54,734 bases of DNA from an archaeon. Lineage in GTDB: Archaea > Asgardarchaeota > Thorarchaeia > Thorarchaeales > Thorarchaeaceae. The notes under the pieces are model-generated. The model searched no databases. It worked only from the letters and a program-made list of their open reading frames with translations, and was not told the DNA's origin. Where the stretch lies: contig JAJRWI010000071.1 in the NCBI GenBank assembly GCA_024276825.1, positions 1-54,734 of the forward strand, given 5' to 3'. Positions within the stretch are counted from its first letter, which is position 1. Each line of letters opens with the position of its first letter. Made by a program: the position numbers and the translations under genes. Positions 47,550 through 54,734 of the stretch are shown here, one piece after another.

Positions 47550-49229
47550 ATGTATGAGTTATTTGTATATTCAGCTTTGTTAATCTATGTTGCTTCATTA
47601 TATATAGGACTTCAAAAGAAACCAAGAAGGGATTCAATATTATTTCTCGCCTTGCTATTTGGCATATTATTAGCAACAAGTCAGATCATATGGTATTTGC
47701 AAATTAATCATTCAGGTTCATTCATTCTGAATAATATTGTTCATATTGTTGAATATCCAATCACTACATTCGAAATCTTGCTTGGTTTGAGAATGTTTCA
47801 TTACAGTGCGATTTCAAGAGTTAAGGGCACTAACAGGTATGCCCATCCATTCTTTATAGTAGTCACTATGATTTCAATTGGAATTGTCGAGATTCTAGAT
47901 TTCATCTCATCAGATTATTTTGTTATCGCCAATGCCGCGATTTTGCTCTCGCTAATACTATTCAGTTTTGTTGGATATTATGCAGTGTTGTTTAGAAATA
48001 ATCCATATGCAAAAGCACCAGTTGACCACGAAAGGGGAATTCAAATTATTATCACGGGATTTGTGATTCTGATTATTGGGATGATCATAATTGAGGGGGT
48101 GTTCTTGAATTTTGAACTTGGGATAATAATGGAATTATTCTCTATCATGATTATATTCTTTGGAGGAATTATTTCAGCCACACCGACATTCATAGATGTC
48201 TTTTCAAAACTGAAAATGGGAACTATAATCGTAGATATCAGTGGAGAAATAAAGCTAGTGAAGTTCATTGATACAAGGCATGAGAGTTTCCATGATGACA
48301 AGTCGGTCAAAACAGCCACTGCCATAATTGCAAAAATAGCAGATGAGATAGATCATGTGTTTGAAACTGGTCAAGACTATGAGATACCGTTTATTGAACT
48401 TGAACAGTTGGATTCGGACAGATTATACAAGATTGATATATTACCGCATCAATCTGGGCTGTCAAATAGGCCAATCTCAATCCTAATTATTATTTCAGAT
48501 GTCACTTCATCAGTGACTGAGATGGAAACTGAGAAACTAGCAGACCTCTTAGAAAAATATATTGAAGAAAAGGATTATGCAAACCTATTCTTGGATGTAA
48601 TTAGTCATGATATGGGGAACCTCCTGCAGGGACTAATTTTGTCATTTGAGATATTTCATGAGATAAAGGACTTTAGTGTTATCACAGAGTTGATGGCGAG
48701 CTTGGAAAAGAAAGTAAGGCGTTCGAAGAGTCTGCTAAATGAGATAAAGATGATTGCAAATGTAAAAACAAAGCCCAAGGAGTTCAAGAGAATTAATGTG
48801 GCATATGCAATCGTTGCAGCAGCCAAAGAGGTCCAAGATAGTATTTGTGATGCTGAAATCTTTCTGGACATCAAGCAAATCGGACCACAAACTAAAGTCT
48901 TGGCAGATGAGTTAATAAAACTTGGATTTATTGGGATAATCCAATTTTGTGCCAATGTCCACACAGACACGAGTTATTTAGAAGTCAGCATCCATTCTCT
49001 GGAAAATGAGAAGAAGGTAGCAATTGAAATTAAAGACACAAACTTGAGAATTCCAATATCAAGTATGGACCTTTTGTTTAATGAGGACGCAAGAATTCAA
49101 TTATCCATTGAAAGTATAGGACTGATACTCGCAAAACGGGTCTTTCGTAGATTTAATGGTGAAATTACAATTCAGGCTGAAGAAGACGGCACTAATTTCT
49201 TGATAAAACTGCCAATGGCACATTTGTAA
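47550..49229 (+). CDS. membrane-bound histidine-kinase-like protein with degenerate ATPase domain
   Basis: About 7 TM segments, PAS-like region, H-box SHDMGNLLQ; the N/G1/G2 boxes are degenerate (IIQFCAN, DTNLRIP, ESIGL). Confidence 0.7.
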   Translation: MYELFVYSALLIYVASLYIGLQKKPRRDSILFLALLFGILLATSQIIWYLQINHSGSFILNNIVHIVEYPITTFEILLGLRMFHYSAISRVKGTNRYAHPFFIVVTMISIGIVEILDFISSDYFVIANAAILLSLILFSFVGYYAVLFRNNPYAKAPVDHERGIQIIITGFVILIIGMIIIEGVFLNFELGIIMELFSIMIIFFGGIISATPTFIDVFSKLKMGTIIVDISGEIKLVKFIDTRHESFHDDKSVKTATAIIAKIADEIDHVFETGQDYEIPFIELEQLDSDRLYKIDILPHQSGLSNRPISILIIISDVTSSVTEMETEKLADLLEKYIEEKDYANLFLDVISHDMGNLLQGLILSFEIFHEIKDFSVITELMASLEKKVRRSKSLLNEIKMIANVKTKPKEFKRINVAYAIVAAAKEVQDSICDAEIFLDIKQIGPQTKVLADELIKLGFIGIIQFCANVHTDTSYLEVSIHSLENEKKVAIEIKDTNLRIPISSMDLLFNEDARIQLSIESIGLILAKRVFRRFNGEITIQAEEDGTNFLIKLPMAHL

Positions 49230-49306
49230 GCCAAATTCAGAAGTTCTAAAGTTTGCTATATATGAATATTGATATTAAATAATCAATCCAAACAGCAAAG
49301 TCAGCC

Positions 49307-49732
49307 TTATAGAAAGGGCCTGAACATCTCTAGCAATTCATTATCACTCAAAATATTCTGGACCATCCACAGGTCATTATAATCATCCCAAGGAAAATAT
49401 GGGTGGTTTCGAGTCTGTTCAGTCGGCACGTACATCCATGCATTGGCAAGTATGTTGTCGACAAGAATAAGGATTCTTGTAATAATTCTCGAATATAGAC
49501 CCTGTTTTACTCCCTCAATATGATCGAGATGATTGATCTCGTCTTCAGGAACTTCAAATGAGAGGGCTAAGAATGATGATGTTTCATCCTTAATAGCAAA
49601 TGGAAATCGTGCCATTTCAGGATTGTATACACGCCTGTATTCAAGCACTCTGCATATTTTACAGTTTTCGTGTTGCTTCCAAATTCCATTTGTGATAAAT
49701 GTACCATATCCTACAACAAGCATTTCAACCAT
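49307..49732 (-). CDS. gamma-glutamylcyclotransferase (GGCT/AIG2-like) family protein
   Basis: VGYGTF, LDHIEG..GLY.R, AWMYV. Start set at MVEM, downstream of the terminator. Confidence 0.75.
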   Translation of the reverse strand: MVEMLVVGYGTFITNGIWKQHENCKICRVLEYRRVYNPEMARFPFAIKDETSSFLALSFEVPEDEINHLDHIEGVKQGLYSRIITRILILVDNILANAWMYVPTEQTRNHPYFPWDDYNDLWMVQNILSDNELLEMFRPFL

Positions 49733-49769
49733 ATACTGTCCCATCAATATTAATGAAACTTGTTTTCTT

Positions 49770-49809
49770 AAAAAAGAAGGAGAGCCCCCCAAAAAATATA
49801 TTGAGGGGC
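49770..49809 (-). terminator. hairpin + U-tract terminator of the FG-GAP gene
   Basis: Minus strand GCCCCTCAA-N8-TTGGGGGGC (one G-U pair), followed by a pyrimidine run ending in TTTTTT. Confidence 0.6.
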
Positions 49810-49820
49810 ATGATTTTAGA

Positions 49821-52800
49821 CTAAAATCCACGTTTCTTTCTGACAACCAATGGGATCAATATCAAAACAACTATTAGAGGTGATCCAATGATAAGCACAG
49901 TCGCTACAAACTGGTCAGTCCCTGATTGCTGAGCCAAGAATAAAGGCAGAGGTGGAGTAGTCCCCTTTGTTATGAGGTAAATGGTAGTGTCTGAGTAATA
50001 GAGAGCGTCCAGATCACCAACACCATCAAACTGCCCCATGATAAACTCAGACTCAACATAATCGAGCTGCCAGACACCGATTATCTTGTTGGGTCCAACA
50101 CTGTACATCATTAGTCTATCTCTGTATAAAAGTGCAAAGTCATCACCAGGGTTGCTATCGATGCTGCCAAAGATCTCGTAAGTGGCTTGAGTATTATCCA
50201 GTTCATATCTCCAGACCTCAGAGAATGTGGGAACTGAATAACCAACAAGACCAACATCAATCATATTCACAATGACCTCATCGTATTCACTGCCTGCAAC
50301 ATCAGCAAGACTCAAGTCAGTAATAGTGTGATTCATGTACACACTCCAAAGTAGAGTGTTGAATTCCCATGTACTGACAAGACCAGATGAATAGGCAATA
50401 GCCACATCATCAATAGCATCGCCATCAAAGTCACCAGACTCCACATCAACAATTGAATATGGAGAGTAAGAGGGATACAGGAGGAGGTAGGTTCCATCAC
50501 CCTCATATAGTCGGATAATTCCCAATGGTCCAGGTCGATAGCCACTGATTAAAAGATCAGCATTGGTGTCACCATTGAAGTATCCAGTCAGTACTTTCTC
50601 AGGAGTGTAATTCGTAATGTTGCTGGAGGACATGAATTTGAATTCACCAAGATTGTTGTAGAACATGATGTATGTAGTACCAATTGAGTCGCGATAGACA
50701 ACCGCATATTCATTCCCTGTGATTGATGATCTAAAGTCAGCTATGGCCACAAACCTGATCTCATCCCCACTAGGAGCGACTTCTTTGATATCAGAGAGTT
50801 GCGAACCATCTGCCCCGTCAAGCCCAAGAGCAATATAGCTAATTGGACTTGTTGTCGTGTCTTTGATGATACAGAGGAGATCCGCATCACTATTGCCCTG
50901 AAGGTCTCCGAAGGTGATGTCTGTAACCACTCCAGGGACATTCGTTTCCCAGATTATCTTGGGATATATGGGGTCGTATAGTCGTAGGATGTGATTGTCA
51001 GTGGCTACAGCAATCTCAGTATCGCCATCACCATCGATGTCATAGGACCAGACACCTGTGATACTTGTGGTCAGAGGGTTGTCTATAGTGATATTCCAAT
51101 ACAGATTCATGTATGAGAATGCCTTACCAGGAGGCTCCTCCCATGGAACCACACCTGCAAACATCAAAATATCGCCTGCACTATCTTCAATTCCACCGAT
51201 CTCTGATATCCCATCGCCATCCAGATCAGCTGCAATCGAGTTCTGATATGAAACTGATTCAATAGCAAATAAGAACACAATTCCTGTTAATGTATCCAGA
51301 GCAGCAACTGTTCCATCAGATGTGGTGAACACTATTCCAGTTCTGCCATCCTGAAATGTTCCAAGTGTTGAGTAAGTTATGCTTCCAGTGCCAGGGTAGT
51401 CATACTCCCAAACAATGCGACCAGAAAGAATCTCTTCATAGTAGATCTTAGAACCACCCACCATGATTGCCTCGAATACATTATCGGCATCGAAGTCTTC
51501 AACAAACAACTGCAAACTTATGGAGGTCATCCTGTGTGTGGAATTATATCTGATTGATTGATTATTGGTATCTATGACCCATAGTTGTTCATTGGCCAGA
51601 AAAATTTCATCATATCCATCACCATTCAGATCTGCCACTCGAGGTATCTGTGTATATTGGGCCATATCCACATTGATATGAAATAGAACCTCACCAGATG
51701 TGCCATTGAAAACAGTGAGTGTGCCATTTCCATGCAAGACTGCAATGTCCATCTTTTCACTGTCACTGAAATGACCTGTTGCAATCGCACCTGATGAATA
51801 CAACACAGGTAGATCAGTTGTGTAATAGACATTACCGCTTAATGATACAACCGATACTTGATTGTCAGACTGGGACACAATTACCTCATTGTATTCATCA
51901 CCGAGGACATCGCCAAATCCAACGATGTTGAATGAAACAGCTCCAGTGCCGGTGAAGTTCTTGTGCCAGACATCTACGCCAGTCTTTGCATTTATGAGGG
52001 TCACATTGGCCCATGGTTGTGAGATTGCCATTCTTCCAACAGCAAGATAGACGTCACTACTGTTCGCTGAACCTAGTGCTATGTCAATCCAAGAGACAAA
52101 GTCCGAGTGCTGTGTGTTCGACCATAATAGGGTGCCGTCATCATCATATGCATAGACACCGCCATCAATATCACCCTTGATCATCTCATCCTTGCCATCA
52201 TCATCTAGATCATATACAACCACATTCTGGTACGGACTCCCGAGCAGGTTTGTCCCACCTGATGCAGCCCAGACAGACTTGCTATGCAATAGACCGATCC
52301 TGTCTTGTGCAGAGTTATCAATCTCTAGAACAAAGACCTCACCATTCTTACTAGATATGGCAATATCTTCATAGCCGTTGCCATTCGTATCATAAACACT
52401 GACTCCAGTCACTTCATAGGGCATGTCTCTTGAGAGGTAGACCTCTTCGTGCTCCATGAAATTGACCCCAGTATGTGTTATCTCATAGACACCCACTTTT
52501 TGGTCAAAACCTGTGATGACTTCACGTCGTCCATCACCGTCAGTGTCCCCAACATCCATATCCACAACAGAACGGATGTTGAAATGTGTGAATCTAGATG
52601 ACGGGTTTATGCCATAGAGTAAATCAGCGCTCTCAACGAATTTTCTGGCAAAGTAGGGTCCGTAATCATGAGTGATGTCTGCATCTGATAATGGCGTCCC
52701 TGTCCTACTCCAGAAGTCAAAAGCGAAAGTGTACATGAACCCGCCACCATCCAAGCCCATGACAACAGGACTGAGGGCCATTGGAGCATACATGCGAATA

Positions 52801-54734
52801 GATTCGTTGTAGTAGTAATGAACAGACCCACCAAGGGTCTCAACACGTATGAAATATTGGGGATAGGTTGCCAAAGGCTCGCTTTTGTGCCAAGTCATCA
52901 AAGTCTTGCTATAACTCATTTGGATTGTGTCCTCAATTTCGGCCTCAATATTCTCATACACAACCATAAGAGACCCTTCGGGATCATCAAGTTGACCAAG
53001 TCTCGGGTTCACCTCATTGTCGTATGACGATGTAGCCAAGTATGCAGAACTGTCTTCCCAGATGAAGGAGCTATTGCTTGTCACTACATAGATGTCAAGG
53101 TCTGTCTTTGGAAGTGTTTCGTTGAGAGCTGAGATGGCAAGAGCATAGCCACCATCATGCATGATAAGAAGGTCAAAGGACTGGAGTGTGTATTTATCAT
53201 AGTTCCTGAATCGGATGGTTCCTCCAAAATTCCAAGAACCACTCCAGCTGCTCAAAGTCCAATAATTAACAGTGTTTCCAGGAGTGTATATATAGGCAAT
53301 TCCAAGAGAAGTACCAATGCTGAATAATGTTGGAAATTCATAAAAGTCAGCACTGAATGTGCGCTTTGGTGCAGACCAGGATGAGCCACCGACTGTCTGT
53401 CTGGATATCCACACATCATATTGATTACTAGAACCATCGTATATCTCTGTCTTCCAGACAAGATACAATGTGCTGTTGGTTGGATGATAAAAGAGCGAGG
53501 GTTCTGCCTCCCAATGAAGTGTTCCAGAGGGATATATGCCAGAGTAGTAATTGGTGTCAAACAACTGAGTAGCTGGTAACCAAATATCTAGTGGAGCATA
53601 GTAATACTTGCCCCATAACACATCATTCTGACAAAATACCATGAAAGTGTAATCATGGGTCACTGGCCAGTAAGCAATGTCACTCTGGCCTCTATTCGAT
53701 AGGAAATATTGGTCGGCCACCGCTCGTGTTGACGCAATCGGAATTATTGGATAGTTAGGAGATGAAGTCACTATCTCCATTTTCACGTAGTCGTTAGCAG
53801 TGGTGTTCCATTCCCAGACATCGAAACCATAGTTGTGTCCAATAATGATCTCTTGGAACGAGTCATAGTCTTGGTCATCAAGGACTATACTGGTGACAGG
53901 GTTCCATGTTACAACTTCTGAGGGAGCCTCCCAGACTTTCTTGAAGCTGACACCTGACCACTCATAGATGAATAAGAAGCCATCCTCGCGGATCTGAGTC
54001 GTATTGATTCTTCCGCCAATAATGAGGTCTCTGAATCCATCTTCATCTGTATCGCATAGGGTCATAGCTTGAATCCATGCTTCTTTGAAGTCGTCATTGT
54101 CGCCATTGCCCACAAGGTAATAGCGACCCTCAAGTGATGTGCCCATGAAGTATTCTTCTGAGGTGTTCCATGCATTGAATGGAACATTGTATACGAAGAG
54201 GTATGGCCCTGCTGCAACCAAGAGTTCATTCTCATTATTAAGATCAAAGTCATCGCCAGCACCAAGAGCTGTGATCTCGGAAACTCTGTCCCAGTTGTCA
54301 TGACTGGCTTGAGGAGAATCTCGAAGGTCTATCGAATAGGCAAGCTCATAGGTGTCATCGATTCCTGTGTCTTCAAATATGTATACCTGCAGGTTTGCAG
54401 CAGCAATCAGCTCCTTCAGACCATCACCATCAATGTCCGTGCCTGCAAGGACCTGAGTCACATGGTCCCATATGACTCGATTAAAAGTACCACTGATACC
54501 CTCAAGTTCCTCCCACATGTATGGACTAGTATCGCTGACAACTGTATGATTGATATCAAATGAACGAAATGCCCGTTTGTAGGTATTGTTCACCATATGC
54601 TCGAATATATAGACATTATTGTCATAGTCGCCAACGATGACCTCTCCTTTTCCATCGTTATCAATATCACCGGTTTTGACAGTCAGTGTCCATTCGTTTA
54701 TGTCACGTTCTGTATTCCACGAGTCCATAATATG
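49821..54734 (-). CDS. very large FG-GAP/VCBS-repeat cell-surface protein (5'-truncated by window edge)
   Basis: More than 1635 aa, many DxDxDG Ca-binding motifs (GDIDNDG, DIDGDG, DTDGDG, DLNGDG, DLDGDG), PQQ-like W repeats, C-terminal TM and RKKR. The frame is open to the window end. Confidence 0.88.
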   Translation of the reverse strand, partial: HIMDSWNTERDINEWTLTVKTGDIDNDGKGEVIVGDYDNNVYIFEHMVNNTYKRAFRSFDINHTVVSDTSPYMWEELEGISGTFNRVIWDHVTQVLAGTDIDGDGLKELIAAANLQVYIFEDTGIDDTYELAYSIDLRDSPQASHDNWDRVSEITALGAGDDFDLNNENELLVAAGPYLFVYNVPFNAWNTSEEYFMGTSLEGRYYLVGNGDNDDFKEAWIQAMTLCDTDEDGFRDLIIGGRINTTQIREDGFLFIYEWSGVSFKKVWEAPSEVVTWNPVTSIVLDDQDYDSFQEIIIGHNYGFDVWEWNTTANDYVKMEIVTSSPNYPIIPIASTRAVADQYFLSNRGQSDIAYWPVTHDYTFMVFCQNDVLWGKYYYAPLDIWLPATQLFDTNYYSGIYPSGTLHWEAEPSLFYHPTNSTLYLVWKTEIYDGSSNQYDVWISRQTVGGSSWSAPKRTFSADFYEFPTLFSIGTSLGIAYIYTPGNTVNYWTLSSWSGSWNFGGTIRFRNYDKYTLQSFDLLIMHDGGYALAISALNETLPKTDLDIYVVTSNSSFIWEDSSAYLATSSYDNEVNPRLGQLDDPEGSLMVVYENIEAEIEDTIQMSYSKTLMTWHKSEPLATYPQYFIRVETLGGSVHYYYNESIRMYAPMALSPVVMGLDGGGFMYTFAFDFWSRTGTPLSDADITHDYGPYFARKFVESADLLYGINPSSRFTHFNIRSVVDMDVGDTDGDGRREVITGFDQKVGVYEITHTGVNFMEHEEVYLSRDMPYEVTGVSVYDTNGNGYEDIAISSKNGEVFVLEIDNSAQDRIGLLHSKSVWAASGGTNLLGSPYQNVVVYDLDDDGKDEMIKGDIDGGVYAYDDDGTLLWSNTQHSDFVSWIDIALGSANSSDVYLAVGRMAISQPWANVTLINAKTGVDVWHKNFTGTGAVSFNIVGFGDVLGDEYNEVIVSQSDNQVSVVSLSGNVYYTTDLPVLYSSGAIATGHFSDSEKMDIAVLHGNGTLTVFNGTSGEVLFHINVDMAQYTQIPRVADLNGDGYDEIFLANEQLWVIDTNNQSIRYNSTHRMTSISLQLFVEDFDADNVFEAIMVGGSKIYYEEILSGRIVWEYDYPGTGSITYSTLGTFQDGRTGIVFTTSDGTVAALDTLTGIVFLFAIESVSYQNSIAADLDGDGISEIGGIEDSAGDILMFAGVVPWEEPPGKAFSYMNLYWNITIDNPLTTSITGVWSYDIDGDGDTEIAVATDNHILRLYDPIYPKIIWETNVPGVVTDITFGDLQGNSDADLLCIIKDTTTSPISYIALGLDGADGSQLSDIKEVAPSGDEIRFVAIADFRSSITGNEYAVVYRDSIGTTYIMFYNNLGEFKFMSSSNITNYTPEKVLTGYFNGDTNADLLISGYRPGPLGIIRLYEGDGTYLLLYPSYSPYSIVDVESGDFDGDAIDDVAIAYSSGLVSTWEFNTLLWSVYMNHTITDLSLADVAGSEYDEVIVNMIDVGLVGYSVPTFSEVWRYELDNTQATYEIFGSIDSNPGDDFALLYRDRLMMYSVGPNKIIGVWQLDYVESEFIMGQFDGVGDLDALYYSDTTIYLITKGTTPPLPLFLAQQSGTDQFVATVLIIGSPLIVVLILIPLVVRKKRGF

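Noticed and set aside
49821-49845. C-terminal RKKRGF resembling integrin-alpha GFFKR
   Set aside because: The order differs and the motif is incomplete; a positive-inside stop-transfer tail explains it.

Overview
Archaeal chromosomal window, most likely an Asgard archaeon and probably Thorarchaeia-like. This is inferred from a Rab-like small GTPase, several longin/roadblock-domain proteins, an IDLxPL-type LRR protein, methanogen-type Hdr and GGAGG/AGGTGA Shine-Dalgarno sites. Main contents: (1) A ~9.3 kb sulfur/redox locus (5382-14683), divergent from an Lrp-family regulator: dsrE-hdrC-hdrB-hdrA-mvhD, then an mvhG-like gene apparently fused to a degenerate, Ni-ligand-less remnant of a [NiFe]-hydrogenase large subunit, then frhB-like, tusA, dsrEFH and DUF22, plus a second convergent dsrEFH. 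hdrA appears to start at CTG. (2) A copper island: CopB, a membrane-anchored wHTH protein, a PadR-TRASH regulator and a Met/His-rich surface protein. (3) Thiol-redox genes. (4) A Zn-finger/longin/polytopic membrane protein/small GTPase operon. (5) Two ~98% identical copies of a ~185 bp non-coding element in inverted orientation (29914-30101, 46219-46407). Each sits in an AACCCA site, and together they flank a 16.1 kb segment whose inversion splits two genes (iorB and a 7TM-longin gene); both can be rebuilt in frame. (6) An unidentified, highly structured ~200 nt GC-rich element (46955-47158). (7) An orphan DNA methyltransferase, an ABC exporter, iorAB, histidine kinases and the 3' part of a very large FG-GAP-repeat surface protein. 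No rRNA, tRNA or CRISPR array was seen. All family calls are from motif recognition by eye; no database searches were run.
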